Positions 35,968 through 45,956 of a stretch of DNA of 57,760 nucleotides are shown here, piece by piece. Below the pieces are notes generated by a model. It saw nothing but the letters and a program-made list of their open reading frames with translations, made no database searches and was not told the origin of the DNA. Where the stretch lies: IMG/VR virus record IMGVR_UViG_3300048858_000021, positions 1 to 57,760 of that record; one strand, written 5' to 3'. The first letter of the stretch is position 1, and each line of letters begins with the position of its first letter. The stretch is from a virus (taxonomy: Duplodnaviria; Caudoviricetes). A program made the position numbers and the translations under genes.

Positions 35968-37413
35968 GTGAAGCGTGTTCTCGTGAAGGACAGACTCTGG
36001 CCCCACCTGGCCTACCGGCCGCACGCGGGACAGGTCCGAGTGCACGCGAGCGCCGCTCGCCACCGCGTCAACGCTGCCGGTCGCCGGTTCGGTAAGTCGA
36101 ACATCGGTGGGCACGAACTGACGGTGGCTTCTCTGGAGGCGAAGACCCGGGCACGGCTCCTGGAGGACCTGGGCATCCGCCAGGAGTACTGGATCGTCGG
36201 TCCGAACTACACGGACGCCGAGAAGGAGTTCCGTGTCCTCTACAACGACCTGAAGCGACTCAAGGTTCCGTTCGACCGTCCTGGAACGTACAACGATCCG
36301 AAGTCCGGGTCGATGCAGATCAGCCTCTGGGACGGCCGGTACCTCGTCAGCGCGAAGAGCGCTGCGCACCCGGAGTCGCTCGTCGGTGAAGGCCTCCACG
36401 GCGTCATCATGGCCGAGGCTGCGAAGATGAAGGGGTCGGTCTGGAGTAAGTACATCCGACCGACGCTCAGTGACTTCCAGGGCTGGTCGCTGTGGTCGTC
36501 CACGCCCGAGGGCCGCAACCACTTCTTCGAGATGTGGGAGATGGGCCAGGACCCGGCGAACACGGAGTGGGCCTCGTTCAAGAGCCCGTCGTGGCTCAAC
36601 TACTACGTCTTCCGTCACGGCGTAACCGAGAAGCAACTCGAGATCCTCAAGCATCCGAACGGCGGTCCTGCCGCTGCGATCACGGCGGGTATCGACCCCG
36701 AGATCGCTGGCATGTACGCGGAACTCGGACCGATCATGTTCGGGCAGGAGGTCGAGTGCTCGTTCAGTCAGTACGCCGGTCTCGTGTACTCGGACTTCGA
36801 CGAGGAAGTGCACGTCCGGGATCTCCAGTACAACCCGACGCTCCCCGTCTACATCGCGACGGACTACGGCTACACGAATCCGAACGTCGCACTGTTCATC
36901 CAGGTCGACATCTGGGACAACGTCTACATCATCGGCGAGTACTACCAGCGTCTCCGGACCGAAGAGGAGTTCGCCACGGACGTGCTCAGTGACCCGCGAC
37001 TCGGCCCCCTGGTCCGTGCAGCGACGCGGCTCTATCCGGACCCCGAGGACCCGGGTGCAACGCGCGTGCTGGCGAACAAGTGGAAGGTGCAGCCGATGAG
37101 TGGGACGGGCGGTCTCATCAAGGACCGCGTCAACCTCATCCGAAAGCACATTAAGATCTCGAACACCCATCTCCCGTTCGGTCACATTGACCGACAGCCG
37201 AAGTTGTTCGTGGACCGGTCATGCACTGTCTTCCGAGAGGAAATGTCAAAGTACCGGTACCCGGAGAACAAGAGCGAGATCCGAGAGGCTCAGGAGAACC
37301 CGCTCAAGAAGGACGACCACGCGCCGGAGGCTCTTTCTCGCTTCTTCGGTGGTTACTACGGGTCCTCTACTCGCGGACGGACCCGCGTTCGCCGGGCCAC
37401 CGTTCGCGGGTAG
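35968..37413 (+). CDS. terL: Terminase large subunit
   Basis: AGRRFGKS Walker A, VIMAEAA Walker B, SSTPEG, nuclease DYG/DPED/DDHAPEAL. Confidence 0.93.
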   Translation: MKRVLVKDRLWPHLAYRPHAGQVRVHASAARHRVNAAGRRFGKSNIGGHELTVASLEAKTRARLLEDLGIRQEYWIVGPNYTDAEKEFRVLYNDLKRLKVPFDRPGTYNDPKSGSMQISLWDGRYLVSAKSAAHPESLVGEGLHGVIMAEAAKMKGSVWSKYIRPTLSDFQGWSLWSSTPEGRNHFFEMWEMGQDPANTEWASFKSPSWLNYYVFRHGVTEKQLEILKHPNGGPAAAITAGIDPEIAGMYAELGPIMFGQEVECSFSQYAGLVYSDFDEEVHVRDLQYNPTLPVYIATDYGYTNPNVALFIQVDIWDNVYIIGEYYQRLRTEEEFATDVLSDPRLGPLVRAATRLYPDPEDPGATRVLANKWKVQPMSGTGGLIKDRVNLIRKHIKISNTHLPFGHIDRQPKLFVDRSCTVFREEMSKYRYPENKSEIREAQENPLKKDDHAPEALSRFFGGYYGSSTRGRTRVRRATVRG

Positions 37414-37446
37414 GCTGGGCCAGCACACACCGAAGGAGGGCAAGCC

Positions 37447-38943
37447 GTGGCGAACGGTGTCTTCACCCCGTACTCGACCGTCTCGGGCTTCGTTGCGGCA
37501 ATGCCCGGATGGGTGCCGCTGGAGGAGCAGGAGAGAATCTCGTCGTATCAGGTCTACGAGGAGATCTACTGGAACCACCCGGAGGCATTCCGACTCACGC
37601 TGCGTGGCACGGACACGAAGCCGGTCTACATCCCCTCCGGTCGCATCATCGTCGACGCCATCTGCCGGTACACGGCGAAGAAGTTCGAGGTCCTGACCGT
37701 CGGCACGAACGCCGATGCTCTCAAGGCCGAGTTCAACCTCCTCTTCGCCCGCGAGCGGTTCCGTTCGAAGTTGAACTCGGGCAAGAAGATGGGTGCGATC
37801 CGAGGCGACTGGCTCTTCCACGTCACGGCTGACGACACCAAGCCGCAGGGCTCTCGGCTGTCGCTTCACATGGTCGACCCGGCCTCGTTCTTCCCGATCT
37901 ACGACGACGAGACGCAGACCCGAATCGTCCGGGTGCACCTCGCCGAGCAGTTCACCACGGCCGACGGGAACGAGCGCGTCCGCCGTCAGACGTACGAGAA
38001 GACGCCGCAGGGCATCACGACGGAACTGACCATCTGGGAGCCCGACAAGTGGGCCAGCGGCGACGCTCGACCGCTGGAGACCCCGGTTCCGAAGAAGTTG
38101 CTCCCTCCGGCCATCACGCAGATCCCGGTGTACCACATCAGGAACTCTGTGACCGACGACCTCCAGCCCTACGGCAACTCGGAGATGCGCGGGCTGGAGC
38201 GCCTCATGGCGTCCATCAACCAGTCCATGAGCGACGAAGATCTCGCCCTTGCCCTTGAGGGTCTCGGCGTCTACAAGTCCGGGAACGGCGCGCCGGTGGA
38301 CGACGACGACGAGGAGACGGACTGGGTCATCGGCCCGGGACGCGTCGTCGAGGACCCCACCTTCGAGCGGGTGAACGGTATTTCCTCCGTCGCACCGTTC
38401 CTGGACCACGTCAAGGCGATCGACGGATACATGAAGGAGGCGTCCGGTACCCCGGACGTCGCCATCGGTAAGGTCGATGTCCAGGTGGCTGAGAGCGGCG
38501 TGGCTCTCGCACTGAAGATGGCCCCGATCCTGTCCCGTGCAGAGGACAAGGAAACGGAGATCGTCGAAGTTCTCAATCAGATGTTCTACGACCTCCTGTC
38601 GTGGTTCTCTGTGTACGAGGGCAAGACGTTCCCGGAGACGTCCGCTGTCGCGACGTTCGGTTCTCCTCTCCCGGTCAACACCGAGAAGGAGATCGACTAC
38701 TGCGTCAAGATGATCGAGTCTGGCATCATGTCCACCACGACGGCGCGTGCCTACCTGAAGGCGAAGTGCGGCATCGACTTCGCTTCGGACGAGTTCACCA
38801 AGATCGTCCAGGAGAAGGCCGCTCTCGCCGAGGCCGAGGGGCCTGCGCTGGGGGAGGGCGTCGGGACGGAGTACAGCGGGCGCATCGCGACCGAGATGGC
38901 TGGTGACACCGCTGGCGCTCCGAGCGAGGACGACGCCGAGTGA
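37447..38943 (+). CDS. Portal protein
   Basis: 498 aa directly after TerL; YGNSE, ESGVAL. Confidence 0.85.
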   Translation: MANGVFTPYSTVSGFVAAMPGWVPLEEQERISSYQVYEEIYWNHPEAFRLTLRGTDTKPVYIPSGRIIVDAICRYTAKKFEVLTVGTNADALKAEFNLLFARERFRSKLNSGKKMGAIRGDWLFHVTADDTKPQGSRLSLHMVDPASFFPIYDDETQTRIVRVHLAEQFTTADGNERVRRQTYEKTPQGITTELTIWEPDKWASGDARPLETPVPKKLLPPAITQIPVYHIRNSVTDDLQPYGNSEMRGLERLMASINQSMSDEDLALALEGLGVYKSGNGAPVDDDDEETDWVIGPGRVVEDPTFERVNGISSVAPFLDHVKAIDGYMKEASGTPDVAIGKVDVQVAESGVALALKMAPILSRAEDKETEIVEVLNQMFYDLLSWFSVYEGKTFPETSAVATFGSPLPVNTEKEIDYCVKMIESGIMSTTTARAYLKAKCGIDFASDEFTKIVQEKAALAEAEGPALGEGVGTEYSGRIATEMAGDTAGAPSEDDAE

Positions 38944-39275
38944 GGAACCCCGCCCTGGTCATCGAGGCCGCACGCCATGCGCACCCGCGCGAGGCGTGCG
39001 GCATCACGATGGACGGCATCGCTGTCGAACTGACCAACATCTCGTCTCGCCCTCGGTTCACGTTCAACGTGGGGCCGGTGGAACTCAAGGAGGCGATCGA
39101 GACGTACGACGGTCGCTGGGATGGCGTGTGGCACAGCCACCCGGACGATGCGACCGAGCCTAGCGAGGACGACCTCAACTGGCACCCTCCGGGCAAGGCG
39201 CTCTACATCGTGGCCGGTGGCCGCGTGTGGGAGTACGACGAGGAGGGCGTCCTCCAGGCGGTGCACGATGGCTGA
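38940..39275 (+). CDS. JAB/MPN (Mov34) metalloprotease
   Basis: HPREACG...WHSHP..PSEDD JAMM motif. Confidence 0.85.
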   Translation: MRNPALVIEAARHAHPREACGITMDGIAVELTNISSRPRFTFNVGPVELKEAIETYDGRWDGVWHSHPDDATEPSEDDLNWHPPGKALYIVAGGRVWEYDEEGVLQAVHDG

Positions 39276-40212
39276 GGAGAACCCGCTCCAGAAGTACCTC
39301 CGTGTTCAGAACCGCTTCGATCGCATGATCGCGACCATTCTCAAGGACGCTGCGAACGAGGCTGCGAAGACCGTTATCGAACTCGGGGCAAAGGGCAACT
39401 TCTCTGCCGCGATCGAGCGCGAGAGAATGCGCATGGTCGAGATGGAACTGCGCCAGCAGTCGGAGGACTACTGGAACGGCATTCGAACCGCGATGGAGCG
39501 TTCGTACGTGGACGCTGCGAGCGCTGCCGCAGACGCCGTAGCCACCGAGGACGCGGTGCTCTGGCGCTCCGTCGGGCTGTCGATGCCTCAGTACAACGGC
39601 GCGATGCTGGTCCAGGCGGTGAACAACGTGCCGACCCTGATCGCACGCGGCATGAACGGGGTGCCGCTTGCCCAGTCGGTGTACGGCACGCGCAATCTGG
39701 CCGACGGCTACGTGGACCGCGTCATCAACCGGGGCATTCTCCTCGGGAAGTCCGCTCGCCAGATCGCCAACGACGTCAAGGGTCTCATTCGCCCAGACGT
39801 TCGCGGAGGCGTCTCGTACGCGGCTTACCGCCTCGGTCGAACGGAACTGAACAACGCCTTCCACCGTACTCAGACGGACCTCGCGGCTGCGGAGCCGTGG
39901 GTGACGGGGATGCAGTGGCACCTGTCTCGTTCTCATCCGAAGGCTGATGAGTGCAACGAATACGCGAACGAGACCCATTACCGAGGAGGATCCCCTGGCG
40001 TCTTCCCCGCAGGCGACGTCCCTCCGAAGCCGCACCCGCAGTGTCTCTGCTTCATCACGAATGTGCAGGTCGACGAGGACGAGTTCATCGAGTCTCTGGT
40101 CAATGGTGACTACGACGACTATCTCAATGGCACGATGAACGTCCTTCCTGCGGATCGGCATGAGACCGGGATGGCGAAGGTTCTGCGATTCCGTCAATCT
40201 CGAACGGATTGA
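39268..40212 (+). CDS. MuF-like minor head protein
   Basis: RLGRTELNNA, SHPKADEC, PHPQCLC. Confidence 0.8.
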   Translation: MAEENPLQKYLRVQNRFDRMIATILKDAANEAAKTVIELGAKGNFSAAIERERMRMVEMELRQQSEDYWNGIRTAMERSYVDAASAAADAVATEDAVLWRSVGLSMPQYNGAMLVQAVNNVPTLIARGMNGVPLAQSVYGTRNLADGYVDRVINRGILLGKSARQIANDVKGLIRPDVRGGVSYAAYRLGRTELNNAFHRTQTDLAAAEPWVTGMQWHLSRSHPKADECNEYANETHYRGGSPGVFPAGDVPPKPHPQCLCFITNVQVDEDEFIESLVNGDYDDYLNGTMNVLPADRHETGMAKVLRFRQSRTD

Positions 40213-40284
40213 GCCAGGATTCCCTCCGGCGCGACTCGCCTCTTCCGTGGTAGCGTTCATCCCAAGCAACCCACGGAGGTAAAG

Positions 40285-41016
40285 ATGAGTCAGAGGCTCA
40301 TTCTCAAGAACTCCCGGGCCTGTGGAAAGACGACGAAGGACGATCTCGTCCTCGCGTCCCTCGGGCTGCGGGGCAGTACACCGAACGACGACGGTGGCGA
40401 CGGCGGCGATGGCTCTGAGGGCCAGAACGTCGACGACAGCGGCGACGGGGACGGGTCCGGTTCGGAGGACCGGGACGGCAACGGTGGTGGCAGCGGTGAC
40501 GATGCGGAGGGCGCCGAGGATTCGGCCGCTCTCAAGCGTCGGATGCAGGCTGCTGACCGTCGCGCGGCGGAGGCCGAGCGGCGGCTCAAGGAGATCGAGG
40601 ACGCGAACCTCTCCGAGCAGCAGAAGAAGGACCGCGAACTGGAGGACCTGAGGTCCTTCCGTGAGCAGGCCGACTCGCAGATCGCGAACCTCACTCTTCA
40701 GGTCTCGTTCCTCTCTGTGAACGACGTGCAGTGGCACGACCCCGCCATCGCTCTGTCTCAGGTCGACCTCGATGCGATCAAGGACGACGAGGGCAAGGTC
40801 GACAAGAAGGCCCTCAAGCGCGAGATCGAGCGGCTCAAGAAGGACCGCCCGTACCTCGTGAAGAGCGCCAGCACCGGAGGCGACTCCGGCGGAGGGGCTG
40901 GCGAGGGTGGTCACGGCGCGTCCGGCAGCGGAGTCGGGAGCGGGACCGGTGGCAAGAAGGGCGGAGGCCTCTCCGAGGAGGAACTCCGTCGGCGTTACCC
41001 GTCCCTGAACGTCTGA
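40285..41016 (+). CDS. Scaffolding protein
   Basis: Gly/Asp-rich N-terminus, coiled coil, PYL, position before capsid genes. Confidence 0.8.
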   Translation: MSQRLILKNSRACGKTTKDDLVLASLGLRGSTPNDDGGDGGDGSEGQNVDDSGDGDGSGSEDRDGNGGGSGDDAEGAEDSAALKRRMQAADRRAAEAERRLKEIEDANLSEQQKKDRELEDLRSFREQADSQIANLTLQVSFLSVNDVQWHDPAIALSQVDLDAIKDDEGKVDKKALKREIERLKKDRPYLVKSASTGGDSGGGAGEGGHGASGSGVGSGTGGKKGGGLSEEELRRRYPSLNV

Positions 41017-41038
41017 TCCTCCGGAAGGAGAACCCATC

Positions 41039-41404
41039 GTGGCACGTGTCGACAAGTACGAGCCGACGACCGGTGGTCACCGAGCGGTCCTGGGCTTCAC
41101 GCCCGCGGCCGAGGACCTCGAGGCCATCATCCCCGTCGGCCTGGACGCCAACGGTCGCGTCCAGCGGCTCGCGGACTCGAACACCGGCGTCGTCGGTGTC
41201 CTCGTCCCCCTCACCCGTCCCATGAACCAGGGCGACGTCGTCGACGTCGGCCAGGACATGGAACTGGTGGAGTGCACCGGCTTCACGGCCGGTACGCGCT
41301 ACTACGTCGGTGCGGACGGTGTCGTCGACACCACTGCCACCGACTCCACGTCCATCGGCTGGACCGTCGAGGCCGACCGCCTCGTCGTCCGCCTCGGCCG
41401 CTGA
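41039..41404 (+). CDS. Capsid decoration / minor capsid protein
   Basis: 121-aa beta-rich protein between scaffold and MCP. Confidence 0.6.
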   Translation: MARVDKYEPTTGGHRAVLGFTPAAEDLEAIIPVGLDANGRVQRLADSNTGVVGVLVPLTRPMNQGDVVDVGQDMELVECTGFTAGTRYYVGADGVVDTTATDSTSIGWTVEADRLVVRLGR

Positions 41405-41417
41405 AAGGAGCGGTGAC

Positions 41418-42605
41418 ATGCACAACGCACTCATGACCAGCCGTCGTCCGCTCCTGGACGACCAGGCGCTCGCCGACCTCGGCCTCTTCGGTGGTGTGCC
41501 GCAGGGCTTCAACACCGAGGGCGACGTCATCACCGTCACGGCGGACGGAGTCGACCTGAACGTCATCTGGGCCGAGTTCCAGCAGGCGGTCGCTCTGCGG
41601 AACGCCAACCGCCAGCGCCTGATCGACTTCCTCACGTACACCGTGACGCAGCCGGTCGAGACGGTCCCGCAGTTCGGCGAGGGCGACGACTTCGAGGTCG
41701 CCTCCGAGTTCGGCGTGCCGCGCTCGATGCGGACCGAGGGCGAGTACTTCCAGATGGGCTTCCCGTTCGAGTGGTACGACACGGCGAACCGCTTCACCTG
41801 GCGCTTCCTCGCGGAGGCCTCGGCGGAGCAGATCCGGTCGATCAACTCGGCGGTTCTGGAGGCGGACAACCGGAACATGTTCCGGGACGTCATGCAGACC
41901 CTCTTCTCGGACCAGAACCGCGTCGCCTCGATCAAGAAGCAGGCGTACAACGTCTACGCCTTCTACAACGGCGACGGCACCGTGCCGCCGTCGGTCGGCG
42001 CGACCTCGTTCGAGGGCTCGCACTCGCACTACCTCGTCTCGGGCGCCGTCACGGTGGACCCGGGTGACCTCGAGGCCCTGATCGACACGATCGAGGAGCA
42101 CGGGTACACCCGGACCAACGGGGCCGACCTCGTGATCATGGTCAACAAGACCGAGGGCGACGCGATCCGGAACTTCCGGTCGATCGCCAACGGTGGCTCC
42201 GGCCGGTACGACTTCGTCACCGCGCAGGGGCAGCCGTCGATCCTGGTGCCGCGCGAGGTCCTCACCGAGGGCCAGCGGGCCGCCGCGACCCTCCGGGGCA
42301 TGAACGTCATCGGTACCTACGGGACCGCGACGATCGTCCAGGAGGACTACATCCCGACGCGCTACATGGTCGCGTTCGCCACGGGCGGTCAGGCCTCCCT
42401 GACCAACCCGATCGGCATCCGGGAGCACGCGAACCCGGGCCTGCGTGGTCTGCGTCTGGTCAAGGGGCGGTCGAACGACTACCCCCTCCAGGACGCGTAC
42501 TACCAGCGCGGCTTCGGGACCGGCATCCGCCAGCGCGGGGCCGGTGCGGTCATGCAGATCAAGGCGACCGGGTCGTACACCGCGCCGTCGATCTACGCTC
42601 GCTGA
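41418..42605 (+). CDS. Major capsid protein
   Basis: AAGGAG RBS; 395 aa; highly biased codons; FEVASEFGVP, RGFGTGIRQRG; followed by hairpin. Confidence 0.85.
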   Translation: MHNALMTSRRPLLDDQALADLGLFGGVPQGFNTEGDVITVTADGVDLNVIWAEFQQAVALRNANRQRLIDFLTYTVTQPVETVPQFGEGDDFEVASEFGVPRSMRTEGEYFQMGFPFEWYDTANRFTWRFLAEASAEQIRSINSAVLEADNRNMFRDVMQTLFSDQNRVASIKKQAYNVYAFYNGDGTVPPSVGATSFEGSHSHYLVSGAVTVDPGDLEALIDTIEEHGYTRTNGADLVIMVNKTEGDAIRNFRSIANGGSGRYDFVTAQGQPSILVPREVLTEGQRAAATLRGMNVIGTYGTATIVQEDYIPTRYMVAFATGGQASLTNPIGIREHANPGLRGLRLVKGRSNDYPLQDAYYQRGFGTGIRQRGAGAVMQIKATGSYTAPSIYAR

Positions 42606-42612
42606 GAGCACT

Positions 42613-42653
42613 GAGCCGGGCCACTCGGGTGAGATACTCGGGTGGCCCGGCTC
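42613..42653 (+). terminator. Hairpin terminator after MCP
   Basis: gagccgggccac / gtggcccggctc. Confidence 0.7.
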
Positions 42654-42685
42654 TCCTCGAAACCGCAACGGAAGGAGGGGACACA

Positions 42686-43249
42686 ATGTCCCGACAGATC
42701 GACTTCACCAAGCCGCTGTCTGACAGCGATCGCGAGTGGCTCGTCACGAACGCCCGCTTCGACCTCATCCGACAGAACGAGGCGTACCTCGCTGGCACCA
42801 TCGGCGAGGACCCCAACGTCCCGGACGAGCACCCGGGCGCGTCGCCGGACGCCGTGCCTGCTTCGCCCGCCGCCGTGCTCCGTGCGCAGGCCGAGCAGAA
42901 GTCCGGGGCCGTGCCCGTGGCCGATCCGGTCCCCGTCGGCGGTCTGGCGGCCGACCAGGGCGGGCAGGCAGCCGACGCCAGCGGCGGGCAGGGCCAGCAG
43001 CCCACGGAGCCCACCATCCAGGCGGGCGACGGGTCCGAGGACGATGAGGACGCCGACGACGAGGACGCCGAGGACGAGGGCGACAACTACGACGACGAGG
43101 AGGTCTGGTCGTACCAGGACCTCGTCGACGAGTACAAGGCTCGCGTCGAGCGCGGTCTCGAGAAGGGTCCGAACTACAACGGTTCGCGCGAGGAGATCAT
43201 CTCGTACCTTCGCGAGGACGACGAGTCCGAGGACGAGTCGGACGACTGA
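42686..43249 (+). CDS. Acidic hypothetical protein (187 aa)
   Basis: AAGGAGG RBS; MSRQIDFTKPLSDSDREWL. Confidence 0.7.
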   Translation: MSRQIDFTKPLSDSDREWLVTNARFDLIRQNEAYLAGTIGEDPNVPDEHPGASPDAVPASPAAVLRAQAEQKSGAVPVADPVPVGGLAADQGGQAADASGGQGQQPTEPTIQAGDGSEDDEDADDEDAEDEGDNYDDEEVWSYQDLVDEYKARVERGLEKGPNYNGSREEIISYLREDDESEDESDD

Positions 43250-43254
43250 TGACC

Positions 43255-43300
43255 GGCCGGGGAGAGGCTCCTGGGTTGCTCGCCTTCCCTCTCCCCGGCC
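43255..43300 (+). terminator. Hairpin, putative terminator
   Basis: ggccggggagagg / cctctccccggcc. Confidence 0.6.
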
Positions 43301-43322
43301 CCTCAGAACTTAAGGAGAGAAT

Positions 43323-43649
43323 GTGGCTGCCACCGACCAGGATGTCATCTACCTGAAGACGCTCATTGGTGACACCACTCTCACCGACGAGCAGTTGAAG
43401 ATCATCATGGACCAGAACCTCAACGAGGACGGTTCGGTCAACTTCAACAAGAGCGCTGCGAGCGTGTGGGGATCGAAGGCTGCGGAGTACGCGGGCCTCG
43501 TCAATGTCTCTGAGAGCGGGTCTTCTCGATCCCTCGGGGACCTTCACAAGAACGCGCTCGCCATGCAGAAGTCTTTCGAGAGCAAGGACGCTGCCGCCAT
43601 CGTGGAGATTACGCGCCGCTCTCGCACTCGCGCCATCGTGAGGCCGTGA
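43323..43649 (+). CDS. Head-to-tail adaptor
   Basis: LKTLIGD..LTDEQL, VSESGSSR; synteny. Confidence 0.7.
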   Translation: MAATDQDVIYLKTLIGDTTLTDEQLKIIMDQNLNEDGSVNFNKSAASVWGSKAAEYAGLVNVSESGSSRSLGDLHKNALAMQKSFESKDAAAIVEITRRSRTRAIVRP

Positions 43650-44008
43650 TGATTCCGGCTGCGGAGGCAGCGGTCCAGCGGGCGGTCACCCGCGCGTTCG
43701 TGGACGCCGACGCCGAGAGCGTGGTGCTCAACGCCCGCGTCAAGGTCTCCAACGGTGCCGGTGGGTACCGGTGGGAGGAGAGCCCGCGTCCGGCGCAGGT
43801 GTGCCGCCTGAACCCGCTCAGCGAGGGCGCGGAGCGCATGAGCAGTGACGGGCGGCTGGTGCAGTCTACGCACACGCTGGTCGGCTACTACGGCACCGTC
43901 ATGGATCGGTTCGACCGGTTCACCCTCGGCGGTCGGACGTACGAGATCACGTACGTCTACGAGAACCGGGAGTACCAGACGAAGGCGGAGGTCATCCACG
44001 TTGGCTGA
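43646..44008 (+). CDS. Head-to-tail stopper
   Basis: DRFTLGGRTYEI; synteny. Confidence 0.65.
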   Translation: MMIPAAEAAVQRAVTRAFVDADAESVVLNARVKVSNGAGGYRWEESPRPAQVCRLNPLSEGAERMSSDGRLVQSTHTLVGYYGTVMDRFDRFTLGGRTYEITYVYENREYQTKAEVIHVG

Positions 44009-44366
44009 CGCCGTACGAATGACGCTGGACCTCGGTCCTCTCAGGCAGCGCATCAACGGGATTCCGGACTATCTGGACCGGAACATCACCGCGCTGATGG
44101 CGTACCACTCGGGGCGCGTCTCCTCTGCCGCGAAGATCAACGCGCCGTGGACGGACCGAACTACGAATGCGAGGAACGGTCTGACGGCCGGAGCCGGTAA
44201 GGCGAACGGCGTACACTTCATCGTGCTGGCGCATCGAGTTCCCTACGGAATCTGGCTCGAGATCCGGTGGTCCGGGAAGTACTCCATCATTCTGCCGACG
44301 CTCCAGGAGTATGCGCCGACGGTGATGAAGGGCTTCGAGAAGTTGCTCGATCGTTACGGGGTGTGA
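44001..44366 (+). CDS. Neck protein (HK97 gp10-like)
   Basis: NAPWTDRTTNAR, VPYGIWLE. Confidence 0.7.
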   Translation: MADAVRMTLDLGPLRQRINGIPDYLDRNITALMAYHSGRVSSAAKINAPWTDRTTNARNGLTAGAGKANGVHFIVLAHRVPYGIWLEIRWSGKYSIILPTLQEYAPTVMKGFEKLLDRYGV

Positions 44367-44367
44367 A

Positions 44368-44757
44368 ATGCGGAAGACCCTCTTCAACTACCTCGTGAGT
44401 GACGAGGATTCTGTCGCGATGGTGCCTGCGGATCGGTGGGTGGCTCGGGGCTCCGTAGACGAGCGTCCGAGCCTTCCGTTCGTCGTCTACGCCTTCGGCC
44501 TGACGGATCCCGCCCTCGGTCCTGTCCGCAGCCAGACGGTGGAACTGTGGGTGCACGACGAGCCCGGTGACTACACCCGGATCGACGACATCCTGGATGC
44601 GATCGAGAAGAACGCCGAGAACCTCCTTCAGTACGAGAGCGACGGCTGGCGAATCATGTCCGTGGAATGGAACGGTCGCTCGGGAGACCTGGGCGACGAC
44701 GGATTCCGCACGGCCACCCGAAACGTGACGCTCCTGGCGCGGGGACGAAGGCTGTAG
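44368..44757 (+). CDS. Tail terminator
   Basis: PFVV, VWVHD-like ELWVHD, synteny. Confidence 0.65.
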   Translation: MRKTLFNYLVSDEDSVAMVPADRWVARGSVDERPSLPFVVYAFGLTDPALGPVRSQTVELWVHDEPGDYTRIDDILDAIEKNAENLLQYESDGWRIMSVEWNGRSGDLGDDGFRTATRNVTLLARGRRL

Positions 44758-44801
44758 CATTGCCTCACGCCCGTGTCTGCGGGCAGACAGAGGAGGCAGA
44801 A

Positions 44802-45179
44802 ATGGCGAACCGAGCCACCGCGACCACGTCCAGCACGGACGCCACGGACGCGACCGCCGTCACCACGAGCGAGACCCCGGCCGACGAGAACGTGTCGGCG
44901 AAGGAGTCCGCTCAGGTGGAGGTGAGCGACATCGAGGCCCCGGAGAGCGAGGCCCCGGACCCGATGGTGACGGTCGAGTACACCGGCACCAAGCCCTACG
45001 GCCGCACCTTCGTCGGGGAGCGCTCCATCAAGAAGGCCGACCTGAAGAAGATCGGCATCACCCACGACGGGGACCTCGTCTTCACGCCGATGAACGGCTG
45101 GCGTCAGGAGATCCCGGCGAACAACACCGCGCTCGTGGAGTACTTCGACAAGACCGACTCCGGCTTCAAGATCGTCTGA
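44802..45179 (+). CDS. Hypothetical protein (125 aa)
   Basis: AGGAGG RBS. Confidence 0.7.
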   Translation: MANRATATTSSTDATDATAVTTSETPADENVSAKESAQVEVSDIEAPESEAPDPMVTVEYTGTKPYGRTFVGERSIKKADLKKIGITHDGDLVFTPMNGWRQEIPANNTALVEYFDKTDSGFKIV

Positions 45180-45182
45180 CCG

Positions 45183-45383
45183 ATGGACCTCCACTGCGAG
45201 AACGGCATCAAGTTCGCGGAACTGTTCGATGGTTACGCGGAGTTCAAGTGCCGTTCTCGACGGTGTGGAGCCATTCGCGGTGAGACGGTCGTGATTCACC
45301 GGTTCAGCACCGAGGACGGATCGCTCCTCGGGACACGGGTCTTCAAGGACCCCAACGGAAAGAAGGAGAGGGGAAAGAGATGA
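45183..45383 (+). CDS. Com-like zinc-ribbon protein
   Basis: DLHC..KFAE..EFKCRSRRC..HRF. Confidence 0.55.
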   Translation: MDLHCENGIKFAELFDGYAEFKCRSRRCGAIRGETVVIHRFSTEDGSLLGTRVFKDPNGKKERGKR

Positions 45384-45913
45384 CGACTCTGCCCTACGGT
45401 CTCCGGGACGTCAAGATCGCGCCCATCGGCGTGGACGGTGCCCCGGGTACCCTGGTCGACCTGCCGAACGCGAGGACGCTCTCGTTCTCGGAGTCGGAGG
45501 AGTTCGAGGAGTTGCGCGGTGACGACAAGGTCGTCGCCAGCCGTGGCTCCGGTCCGGCTGTCGAGTGGGAACTCGAGTCGGGTGGTATCTCGCTCGAGGC
45601 CCTCGTGGTCCTCAACGGTGGTTCGCTGGTCGTGAGCGGCACCGAGCCCGCCATCGTCAAGACGTACTCCAAGCGGACGTCCGACGCCCGCCCGTACTTC
45701 TTCGCCGAGGGCCAGGCCATCAGCGACAGCGGCGGCGACTTCCACGCCCGCCTCCACCGGTGCAAGAGCACCGACTCGGTCGAGGGCGAACTTAGCGACG
45801 GGTCGTTCTGGCTCACCAGCGCCAGCGGCACCGCCTTCGGCTCGCTCGAGACCGGCAACGAGGACCTCGTGTACGAGTTCGTCGAGAACGCGCAGGTCAC
45901 CGCGATCGGCTGA
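45380..45913 (+). CDS. Major tail protein
   Basis: LPYGLRDVKI, EELRGDD; precedes chaperone and TMP. Confidence 0.8.
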   Translation: MTTLPYGLRDVKIAPIGVDGAPGTLVDLPNARTLSFSESEEFEELRGDDKVVASRGSGPAVEWELESGGISLEALVVLNGGSLVVSGTEPAIVKTYSKRTSDARPYFFAEGQAISDSGGDFHARLHRCKSTDSVEGELSDGSFWLTSASGTAFGSLETGNEDLVYEFVENAQVTAIG

Positions 45914-45956
45914 TCGCAACGTCAACTGTTCGACACGGTAGGAAAGGACCACACGG

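Noticed and set aside
42630-42639. TGAGATACTC resembling the early operator
   Set aside because: Lies in a terminator hairpin, lacks the CTCTCA half-site spacing and a -35
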